A DNA stretch of 64,000 nt from Eledone cirrhosa (lineage: Eukaryota). Positions within the stretch are counted from its first letter, which is position 1. Each line of letters starts with the position of its first letter. Under the pieces are notes generated by a model. That model did no database searches and was not told the origin of the DNA. It worked only from the letters and a program-made list of their open reading frames with translations. The stretch is from positions 83,452,001-83,516,000 of the forward strand of contig OZ024740.1 in assembly GCA_964016885.1 (NCBI GenBank), given 5' to 3'. Positions 12,757 through 23,337 of the stretch are shown piece by piece. The position numbers and the translations under genes were made by a program.

Positions 12757-12942
12757 TTTAGAATATATCATAGAAGAGATACACAATTGATAAAGAAATA
12801 ACCAGTATATAATATATTATAACATGTACAACATTGCACAAACACATAAATAAGATTCATTTGCTTAAAATATTTTCTTTGCTTATACATATTTATACAA
12901 AATGTGTTCCATTACCTATTCATATAATTATAGATACAGTGT

Positions 12943-13147
12943 AGGGTGGTGGATTGACAGTATCGGTAGAGGATCGGATGCCATGCTTTGCCGCATATAG
13001 TTACGGCACTTTATGATCTGAGTTCAAATCCCGCCGAGGTTAACTTTGCCTTTCATCCTTACGGGGACGATAAATAAAGTACCAGTCACGTCGACTTTTC
13101 CCTCCCCCCAAAAATTGCTGTTCTTGTGCCTAAATAAGAAACCAATA
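12943..13147 (+). mobile_element. tRNA-derived SINE (octopus OK/OR-like, Meta/MESC-type core)
   Basis: A-box-like ttgacagtatcgg, B-box gagttcaaatcc, core gaggttaactttgcctttcatcc...gataaataaagtaccag; multiple copies in window. Confidence 0.85.
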
Positions 13148-14255
13148 TAGATAAAGTGTCAGATCTTAGGAAATTCTCACACCTATCTTTGCACAAAGGT
13201 AAAAATAACACAATTATATGAGGGGTAGTCCTCAAACAGATTAACTGCTGTATAAACTGAAAAACATTTTTCTGTGCTTAATACTGAATTTCATATCGAA
13301 TCATAGTATTTCTTACAAGAAGCCTCCCTAGGATCAGAATAAAAAGAAAACATTTAGTTTCAATTGAAACAAACATCGGAAGAAAAGGGAGAATCTCGTA
13401 AAGAAACTAATGACTGATTTTAGCTCAAATCACCAAAGACAATGAGAGTAATATACTAATAAATTAGTATCATGAAATGTATGACTATTTTAACATGTAT
13501 TAATATGTATTACCTCTATGTTTACGTATCGATGTCTCATGCATTAGTAATCACGTATTAATACAAAGAAAACTGCATATATCCATCCATACTTACACCA
13601 CACACACATATACAATTATATATATATATACAGGTGCAAGCTTAGTAAAATCGAAGCCTTGGCTGTAGCCAAGCAAATTCGACCTACAATTAGGATTGAG
13701 TAACAAAGCACTCAATAAGGGTAGGTCCCTAGAGTAATAATTTTACGTTTAAATAGCTTGACAAATTGAAAATTGCGGCAGGCAAAACCCAACCACACAA
13801 TACCAAAACAACGAAAGAACTAATCAGGTTAAAACAACAGACCTGGACAGATTGAACGATATTTGCAATACGTCCGATATGCTTCTATGAAATCCGGAAT
13901 CATCAATCCAACTTACGTAATACATGAGTTTGTGGTATTCCGTGTTTGAACAGAGGACTCACTTCATCGACAGGCATTTAGTTCTTTTTCCTCAAACGGG
14001 TGTGAACTTTAACCCAATGCGACAGCCACAATAGACAGCCTTCAATCATTTCGTTGTCACGTGTTATTTCCAACAAGGGAAGCAGCCCCCGGTTTTTGGC
14101 GGGTAAATTCAATGTGTTAACAAAGGAAAATAATTCCGCTCAACATTCCGAATAAAAGTTCTCAACTAGACGTTATTAAACAAACACAAATAATTAATCA
14201 ATCAATAAAATTGTCTAATTAAATTAATTAATTAATTATTATGTCTAGGAGAATA

Positions 14256-14286
<31 letters not shown>

Positions 14287-14287
<1 letters not shown>

Positions 14288-14478
14288 ACTGTTTCTACTT
14301 TTGGCACCAGGCCATCAATTATCCGAGTCCATTACTGGTACTTTATTTTATCGACCCCGTAAGGATGAAAGGCAAAGTTAACCTCGGCGGGATTTGAACT
14401 CAGATCATAAAGGGAGGTAACTCTATGCTTCAAAGCATGGCGCCCGACCCTCTACCGATACTGCCAATGCACCGCCCT

Positions 14479-14479
<1 letters not shown>
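14287..14479 (-). mobile_element. tRNA-derived SINE, same family
   Basis: reverse complement of 18395-18577. Confidence 0.9.
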
Positions 14480-14511
<32 letters not shown>

Positions 14512-14643
14512 CGGCGATGAATTAGTTTTGCGAGGTTTTTGATATGAAATCGTGTGTCGAAACAAATATTTATGTTTATTTATTTAAATAAATAAACAGA
14601 CTAAATAAAGATGGCGTAAGCATACAATGCACCACATAATAAC

Positions 14644-14683
14644 ACCACTGACGATGTTGCAGATGTGCAACGAAAGAACTTTG
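14644..14683 (+). ncRNA. Minimal hammerhead-like motif in (TA)n-flanked segment 14511-14865
   Basis: CTGACGA t gttgca gatg tgcaac GAAA. Confidence 0.55.
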
Positions 14684-14886
14684 ATAGACTATATTGTATC
14701 TGTATTTTTGACTGTTGGTCAGTCAATGGCAACATTGAGGACCGAATAAATTAAATTAACCGTTATAAAAGACACAGAAGCGAAAACCAAGCAAACAGTG
14801 AGTGTATTCTGTTATTAATTCTGGCAATATTATTACACAAATATGACCCTCGCCAAGTATAACAATATATATATATATATATATAT

Positions 14887-15170
14887 AGTTAAAAGAATAG
14901 ACACACAAGTTATTATATATTGGCAAACGGAATAAAAAATGCTGACAAATTGTTCACAGTTGAAAAATGGTTTAATTAGGAATAAAAGAGTATTAGTGAT
15001 TGTATGGGTTAGTATTCAGTTGCGGTTTTAAGTTTTTAAGTTTTTACCGGTTGCGCATTTCTAAATGCTTTTCAAAATTAATTTTGAGATAGAGTGTCTT
15101 TTATTCCTAATTAAACCATTTTTCAACTGTGAACAATTTGTCAGCATTTTCTATTCCGTTTACCAATATA
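14887..15170. repeat. (TA)n-flanked inverted repeat with about 73-bp arms and a unique left tail
   Basis: 14917-14989 is the reverse complement of 15097-15169. Confidence 0.8.
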
Positions 15171-15174
15171 TATA

Positions 15175-15792
15175 TGTAATAAACAACATAAGATAATTAT
15201 TTCATTTACCAGTGGTTTCTTGAAAGCAGATGCTAGATCTGTTTTCAGTCGTCAGAATGAATAACAAAACATGGTATTTTTATTAAATATGGATTTGAAT
15301 ACACAATTTAAGAAATATGAAAGTGAGGCTGAGAAAAAAACGGGCGGAGAAGAAGAGGGAAAAAGAATATTATATATATATATAAACAATAAATATCCAG
15401 AACATAAACATACACACACTCAACCATGCGCAGATACTTAAAAAGTACGTATATATATGTATACTTTTTCACATAAGCATAGATGCGTCTACAGACAGGG
15501 ACAAAGATACATACACATACATATACAAGAAGTAATAAGAATAAATAAATAAATGAATAAGAACAAAAAAACGGAATAAAGACAAAAGGATACGTGTTGA
15601 TAACGATAAGTAAGATGGGGGAGGGTAAAAACAACTTAAAAATAAACAAATACACGAGATGTACATATTCATAATTATATATACATATATGAAAAATATA
15701 TATATATTTATACATACATATAAACATGCATAAATACTCATACACACGTATAAAACACATACACATATGTATGTGTATATGTAAATATATAT

Positions 15793-15859
<67 letters not shown>

Positions 15860-16262
15860 CACAAAAATATAAAATAAACATACGTACACATCCATATATA
15901 CATGCGTGCAAATACATATGCTCATATACATACACACGCATACACACGTATATATAAACATGCACACAACCAACTTTATACACATATCCAGATACATACA
16001 CATAAAACCCTACAATAAAGAGCATTGGTTCATAACCTATGTACATACGTATACAAATGTCTGCGCGCACATGCACATAATAAGAAATGAAAAGACGCAT
16101 ACAAAAAACCATACGTAGATCCATACACGCAAACATATATATATACAAAAGCGTATATACAACTGCATACACACAAATATATACGTAAACACATACAAAT
16201 AACTATATAAAATATAAATTAAAAATAAATAAACACACATATATATACACAAGCACATACAC

Positions 16263-16266
<4 letters not shown>
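15175..16266 (-). mobile_element. PLE 3' UTR / pseudo-LTR remnant (TG/TA-rich)
   Basis: low-complexity composition like the UTR at 52100-53490; ends in a hammerhead homologous to the one at 53314. Confidence 0.55.
15201..15261 (-). ncRNA. Type I hammerhead ribozyme with intact core
   Basis: ttcatt CTGACGA c tgaaaacagat ctagc atctgctttca a GAAA cca c tgg TA aatgaa: 6-bp stem I, long stem II, short stem III. Confidence 0.85.
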
Positions 16267-16341
<75 letters not shown>

Positions 16342-17438
16342 AATATATATATATGAGAAAAATGGAGAGCTTCGTGGTTGCAAATGGGTTATATATGAAT
16401 AAAATGAGTCCTTCATCAGTGACCTTCCAACTTTCATTGGTATTCCATCGCTTTAAAAATCATATACCACTGGTTGGTGCGAGCAATATCTCAATAAAGT
16501 TATTGGGACAAGTAAAATAGGGTGAAACGAGCGAGACATGTAAACAAACAATGATGGTATTGCAACGGAAAGATAGGAAGAAACAAGTACATGAAATCTA
16601 TAAGCTCAAGCTTGGTGAATTCATGGACGAGAGATACAGACCATCCGATATGGGTGAGATGTGAGCGAGAAAAGGATTTCACACTGGTTAAACGGGGGGA
16701 GGTGAGAGAGAGGGAGAAGCAGAGAGTGAGTGAGTGGAAGTGTGAGGAAGAGACCAGCCGAGAGAGAGTGTCTTCAAAATGCTTTTAATTAAGCATACAG
16801 TGTATTGCAAAATACACTTTGCATACATTCATATATATATATCGCTATTTCAGAGCACCAATTCTAATTTTCAATTTCTGCTTTACCGGCAACCGCTCTG
16901 TATAATCAGTTCCTGATTATTACTAGAATTCTATAAGAATCAAACATTCATGATTTTCAGCAACCAGGTGGAGTTCTTAGCTTTGATAAATACGAAACAG
17001 AGCTCTGTCAGCTTTATCTCCCCCTGTTTGCTGAAAATTTAAAGTAAGCGAGACTGTCACTACTCTAAAACAATAGCGTAAGGTCCCGGAAGAGGAAATG
17101 TTGCATGATTTATTAAAGTTATGCATTCAAAATTACGGAAAAACGAAAACGTGCGTCTTTTCATTTAGACTTCATCACACTCAATAATGATTGTCATCGC
17201 TCAACTTATTTCATCTTGATGAGGATAAATGCACTATACGTGTCACAACTTGCCCTTAAAGTCTCCCACCCAATTTCCCCCTCCCACAACTGTGTTTGAA
17301 AGGCGTATTTTTTAGAATTATATTACGATTGTGTTTAGAATATATTTTGAAGGGAATTCGTACGTTCTGAAATGTTATGATGTTCTTGTAGACCAATTAT
17401 ATAATCATCCTGATATACGTTATACATTTGTTATATGT

Positions 17439-17560
17439 GGGCGGTGGATTGACGGTATTGGCTGAGCGTCGGACATAACGGTTTGCCACATTTACGTATG
17501 ACTTTCTAAACCAGGGTCAACTTTGCCTTTCATCCTCCCAGAGTGAGTCGATGAAATTAA
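17439..17560 (+). mobile_element. Partial tRNA-derived SINE
   Basis: gggcggtggattgacggtattgg...gtcaactttgcctttcatcc. Confidence 0.7.
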
Positions 17561-18394
17561 ATGTAAGCATTGGGTCAAATGCTAGAAACAATTATTAAAC
17601 AGGAAGTAATGTTAAAGATTTCGAGTTGACGTTGAGTCACTTTCTTTCCTAAGTTTTTTAATATAATGTTAACCTTTCCGTCATTGAAATAAATGTCAAG
17701 CTCACATCAATCATATACATCGTTAAGGAAATTATCAGGGATTAAATTCCGGTTATTGTTGTATGATATGCGTGGTTCCCTTCTAGTTGATGAAACTTAT
17801 CAAACATACATAAAATATTTAAATAATTTTCAGAAATAGGGGAGGACAATATATGGAGTGGTCGAATCCACCCACTTGGTCTGAAGGTGCATCTCGGCTG
17901 CGACACACAGGCAAGCTGCTGTAGAGCAGCTAGCAATATTCTCTGCGTGTAGCATTCCAAATATCTCGAGTGAGATAGCTTACTTCTGCTTTGGCATAAT
18001 AAACGGCACTGCGTTGACAATGGCAGCAATTACCAATGATTAAAAACGGAAATTCAATTCGATTCTGTTACGCATAAATCCTCAATCACCACCCACAATG
18101 CAAAAGGCTTTGTTCGCTGTTGATATATAGCTCTCCTTAATCATTGCAAACGTGTCAAACATACAATCTACTTCACCATGTTCACCAAGCAGAGGTAACT
18201 AATTTGGCCTTCCTATTTAATGAAGTATGATGAACTATCCTCATGATGTCCTACGCGAGAGCAGTTGAATGAACTAGTGTAGAGTACAGAAAATAAAAAT
18301 GAGAGAAAACTTCTAGGAACATATCGCTCCGTAAAAAAGTGTCCACAAAACAATTGAAACTTGAATATGATTTTAAGTAATATTATTATTTGTT

Positions 18395-18577
18395 GCGGAT
18401 TGGCAGTATCGGTAGAGGGTCGGACGCCATGCTTTGCAGCATAGTTACGTCCCTTTACGATCTGAGTTCAAATCCCGCCGAGGTTAACTTTGCCTTTCAT
18501 CCTTACGGGGTCGATAAAATAAAGTACCAGTAATGCACTGGGTAATTGCTGGCCTTGTGCCTAACGTAGAAACAATT
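18395..18577 (+). mobile_element. tRNA-derived SINE, same family
   Basis: A/B boxes, conserved core, 3' ttgctggccttgtgcc...gtagaaacaatt. Confidence 0.9.
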
Positions 18578-19010
18578 ATTCTTTGTTCACTAAAAGGCAG
18601 CAAAGTAGGGTTTTCATAAATGATATAAAGTAAACGAACAAGACAATTCTGTAAGTATAGGTCTAAAGAAAACAGATTTCCTTTCTCTGACACTGGTTAG
18701 CATTCTTGCTGGTAATTTGTGGATAGAGGAATATGGCAGAAGACAAAGTTAAATGATGAAAATACCGAATGCTCGAGCGAGAAGTCTGCCATGAAATATA
18801 ATTAATTTACTAGTTTTCAATTATGTGTAAGTCTTTAGCGGATGAAAGTGTGTAAAACATGTAATATTTAGTCAAATTTAACATATTATACGTCCCTAGA
18901 AATGGTGCAAGGGAGGTGGACAGATCAGTTAAAACACTAACAGCTATATCGGAAAAAGTTAACAAACAAATTAACAAAAATGTATGTGAAAGGTGATGTG
19001 TGTATTGTAA

Positions 19011-19105
19011 AAATTGTTTCTACTTTTGGCACAAGGCCAGCAATTACTCAGTGTATTACTGGTACTTTATTTTATCGACCCCATAAGGATGAAAAGCAAA
19101 GTTAA
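19011..19105 (-). mobile_element. 3' half of tRNA-derived SINE
   Basis: aattgtttctacttttggcacaaggccagcaatt...ggatgaaaagcaaagttaa. Confidence 0.8.
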
Positions 19106-19895
19106 TGATAATATTCTAAATCAATAGACAAATGGAATTATTAGTTGTGAAACTAGAATGAATATTTAATTTAAAATATAGAAAACTCATTTCTCACATA
19201 TATCGAAATAATGGTTGAGGTGTTCAGGCATTTTCTTTTTTTCTGGAGAAAGGAGACATTATAAAAATTAATTTATTAACGTATTGGTCAATAATGTTTC
19301 ACAATTGAGTCTCAGGCTTTAAAGAATATATAATTGTGAGTTAGTATTCCATTAAAGTTTTTTCGTTGAATCTGTGCTCGTTACTAACATCATGTTTATT
19401 GAGCGTGAGCTTTCCTCTCTACAAACATGTGTTTTTTAGAGAAACTAGGATTTTGAGATCATGTGCTAACACGACTGAATAATTTGGTTTTGTTTATTTA
19501 ATGTTCATCGTCTGCAAATATGTTATTCAGTGTTCTCTTGATCATAAAAAATAATATCTGTTATTTCAAGTATAGACACTAATCATATATACTAATCTCC
19601 ATGTCAATAATTTAAATAACTAACTTGATTTTAGAATAAATTTCGTAAAGCGATTTTACATTTATTCTAGAGTAGATTAAATGGGATAGATACGGAATTT
19701 CCCGTTCCATTTCTCATTTTTACATACTCTCTTACTATTTCTATTTCCTTCTCACGGTATACATATAGCTTTATGTGTGTGTCTAATATTGTATAGTTTT
19801 TATATAAATTGGGAGAGTTTCAATATATAAACACACGCCCGCGCATGCCCACAAACACAACTTAAAACACAGCCACACACATACACGCACATATG

Positions 19896-19928
<33 letters not shown>

Positions 19929-20437
19929 GCGTGTGCGTGTGTGTGAGTTTGTGTGTATGTCTGTTTGTGTGTTTGTGTCAATAAGACCGTTATTGCTCCA
20001 ATCTCAGTAACAATCTAGACTGAATACCGACCTCTACCCAGGGCTCATACAAAGCACACCGTCCTGACCCTCTAAATTCGGTGCATTCTGTGCGGACCAC
20101 CCTTTCTCCCAAACTTGGCTTCATTATGCAACCGGACCACAATTGCCAGCTAATGGTAATGGCTTTCGTTATCAAGCTGCAGCTTTTATATTACGTAGTT
20201 TCAAATTAATAAAGCCAAAGCTATTATTATCTGCAGCGACTAAGACCGACCCCATTATACAATAGACCGTGCTCCACATTCCCTGTAATCTAATGACTTA
20301 AAACCCGTAAATTATCCACTTAAATGGCGTGATGCCACGCATCGGGATGTCTAGTTATTACAATATAAAATAAAAACCCAATTAATAATAAAGAAAATAC
20401 CCAATCTATTAAGAAAGTAAATTAAATGATTCCAACG

Positions 20438-20517
<80 letters not shown>

Positions 20518-20544
20518 ATTGAGCATGTGTTGGTTGTTTACCGT

Positions 20545-20590
20545 CACCTGAAGATGTTACACACAATAATAGCTGAAATATATTCAGCAG
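20545..20590 (+). ncRNA. Minimal hammerhead motif in (TA)n-flanked fragment 20515-20640
   Basis: CTGAAGA t gtta...tagc t GAAA tatat TC; downstream aataaacgaagcc is shared with the 22116 hammerhead. Confidence 0.6.
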
Positions 20591-20630
20591 ATAATAAACG
20601 AAGCCAAATTTAACATGTCTGTCTTACTTA

Positions 20631-20682
<52 letters not shown>

Positions 20683-20684
<2 letters not shown>

Positions 20685-21019
20685 AAGATGTTTTACCCCG
20701 ACGGCAGAGCTCAGGCCATTTAGACGGCTATTTCTGGACTCATCTCAGTCTATTCGCAAACAGGTCTATTTTTTGCGTGAGCATCCGATGGTAAAGTTTT
20801 CTCGGTGGAACTGGAATGTTCTTGGTGGCGAAGTCGATATTGTGTTTTCGCATTGTGCGGGTAATGAAACTTGAGGTGGGTGGAAAAGAAATAGCCGTCG
20901 AAACGGCTTGAACTCTGCCGTCGGGGTCAAACATTTTCCTATTACCCACTCTACTACCCTAAGTATTGCGTACTCTGGTGCGTTATGGCCCATCTGGTTC
21001 CTTACCGAACCTCCTTCGT

Positions 21020-21020
<1 letters not shown>
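20683..21020 (-). mobile_element. Family X fragment carrying the N-terminus of a PLE ORF, with an inverted end, in (TA)n
   Basis: MRKHNIDFATKNIPVPPRKLYHRMLTQKIDLFANRLR resembles the YSxKNIPxP...RxRW N-terminus of C-terminal-EN PLEs; 20697-20735 inverted to 20890-20926. Confidence 0.6.
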
Positions 21021-21051
<31 letters not shown>

Positions 21052-22073
21052 CTCTTGATATATATGTATCAAGAGTAAAAACAAATACCATATACTTCGA
21101 CATTTTGCTGACATTGCCGGCTTATCAATACGTGTCAATAAATGTATGATATTTGAAGCATTCAAGAAACAATTATAGCTTTCTGTGCTGGATACCATTG
21201 CGTTGGTTGTTTACCATGACGTTGTGTGTAAAACGTCGCAGACGAAGTGTCTGTGACGTCCATCAGCTAATTTCAGTAATTACATGAAGTCAAGTATCAT
21301 ATTCTGCAAGTTTGATGGGTATGTAGTTCAATTGTCAGAAATAAATCAGTTGTACTCAACCTTTTCCCAACAAGAGATTTACGACGTAAAATACATTTAG
21401 ATAAGCACCAAGGACATTTATATGTGTAGAAAGTGTTATAATATTCAAAATCTTCGATCACATGCTTGGGTCATCGGAAATGCTTCTTTGGTAGTTTATG
21501 TAAATCAATCTTGACAGAAGCATATACATAAACGATGTATATATGTATAACGAACGCTTATATCTCTCTATGAGGCTTTTCAAGTGTGATCATACCACAG
21601 CTATCTCAGTAGATGTATGAGAATGCCAGCATTTCAGGAATATTATCCATCATCCCTGACGTTTTCTCATTGGGGACTGATGTGAAAAGGAGTTTTACAT
21701 ATATAAAAGACCTAGTAGAGAAGTATATTTTCACATAACCAGAGCTTAAGAAAATTATAGCGTAACTTATATGTGTGTAATATACATACACATATCGTGT
21801 ATGCAATCGTATACATTTCTATATTCAAATAGAACCGTATAATAATTAAACAAATAAGATTCCAGCACACACACCCATATAGAGACACATACTAACGCGC
21901 ACACGCACATACACACACACACACATATATATACATATATATATACATATATATATATGTACATATATACACTGACACAGACACACACACGCACACACGC
22001 ACACATACACACATACACGCATATACATACACACACATAACACACCCACACCCATACACACACACATATATAT

Positions 22074-22543
22074 GGAATAATTAAGTCAAATATTTAAAAT
22101 GTGGCTTCGTTTATTACTGCTATATATATTTCGGTGACAGCCATCTTTGGCTGTGACCTCTTCAGGCAGTCCGAAATGGTGTGGTAGAGACGGGTACACA
22201 TGTTGTTGAAGTGTTTAACTCCGTCAATACTCCGATATGCCCAGTTCTTGGTTGGGTTGTTATTTCTCTGAGGAACTGGAATCATATGAATTCGAACAAA
22301 CGAATTTCAGCGTCTAAGGACACTCTCTCGTCCCATTGGTCAGTTGTGAGAACATTCCTCAGTCAAAAGTCTATAGAAATTTTTTCTGAGGCAAGGCAAT
22401 AAACGAAGAAAAATTTTAAATATTTTATTTAATTATTTTATTTTACATTACTCCGGAATAATCAAACTAACCTGCTCACTCGCGGAGTGGTCCAACAAAG
22501 TGCATACTGAGGTGTGGTACGAAACCAACATATACTCAAAATT
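22074..22543 (-). mobile_element. PLE pseudo-LTR fragment with partial inversion, in (TA)n
   Basis: 22089-22114 is an imperfect inverted copy of 22398-22425; intact hammerhead inside. Confidence 0.65.
22116..22170 (-). ncRNA. Type I hammerhead ribozyme with intact core
   Basis: actgc CTGAAGA ggt-c-acagcca aaga tggctgt-c-acc GAAA tatata TA gcagt: 5-bp stem I, palindromic stem III loop. Confidence 0.88.
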
Positions 22544-22648
22544 TATATATATATATATATATATATATACATTTTGAGTATATATGTCCCAAGGCTCTGA
22601 TGCAATCAACACCATAAACACAGAGCTGGCATATCTAAGAACTGACTA

Positions 22649-22704
22649 ACTGCCTGATGAGGTCATAGCCACTCAATGGGTATCATCCGCATATATATAG
22701 CAGT
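22649..22704 (+). ncRNA. Hammerhead homologous to 22116-22170 with GAAA mutated
   Basis: actgc CTGATGA ggtcatagcca...tgggtatcatcc gcat atatata gcagt. Confidence 0.6.
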
Positions 22705-22887
22705 AAATAAAGGATTATTAGTTCATGCAATTGACTTATGTTTCGTCACTATATATATATATATATATATATACTTAGAGCACCTTTTTTGCAATTTAGG
22801 GTTTATACAGTTGATAAAATCGAAAGAAAATAAGGGAGGAAATAATTGTAACTGATTTAATTTAAACCTTTCATTATTTATTTCAAA

Positions 22888-23070
22888 TGATTGGCAGTAT
22901 CGGTAGAGGGTCGCACGCCATGCTTTGCAGCAAAGAGTTACGGCCCTTTATGATCTGAGTTCAAATCCCGCCAAGGTTAACTTTGCCTTTCATCCGTACG
23001 GGATCGATAAAATAAAGTACCAGTAATGTACTGTGTATTTGCTGGCCTTGTTCCAAAAGTAGAAACAATT
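22888..23070 (+). mobile_element. tRNA-derived SINE, same family
   Basis: near-identical to 18395-18577; tatttatttcaaatgat occurs before and after it (possible TSD). Confidence 0.9.
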
Positions 23071-23197
23071 ATTTATTTCAAATGATAGCAGTCTGATGTC
23101 ATTAGATATTTATTAACTAAATTTAAAGGCAAATTACTCTTGAGTAATACCATAACGTTACAATGTTTTGTAACGTGTATCGATGTTCTATTATTTT

Positions 23198-23238
23198 TTT
23201 TGTTTTTGTTTTTGTTTTTGTTTTTGTTTTTGTTTTTG
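23198..23238. repeat. (TTTTTG)n microsatellite
   Basis: direct reading. Confidence 0.9.
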
Positions 23239-23337
23239 TGGTAAAATTCTGATTTGACTTCACATGTTTCTTGATACCGGGTATTATGTAGTATTTCTCT
23301 TACTGTTCACTCTCTATTATTATTATTATTATTATTA

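Noticed and set aside
12943-13035. tRNA gene
   Set aside because: A/B boxes belong to a multi-copy SINE head with no cloverleaf.
15308-16437. Long Y/I/C/V-rich ORFs, and similar ones at 3917, 7155, 21767, 43902, 44822, 52295, 53450
   Set aside because: Translations of TA/TG/GA microsatellite and low-complexity UTR sequence.
19976-20261. Possible solo LTR (TG...AATAAA...CA)
   Set aside because: No second LTR, TSD, PBS or internal coding evidence.
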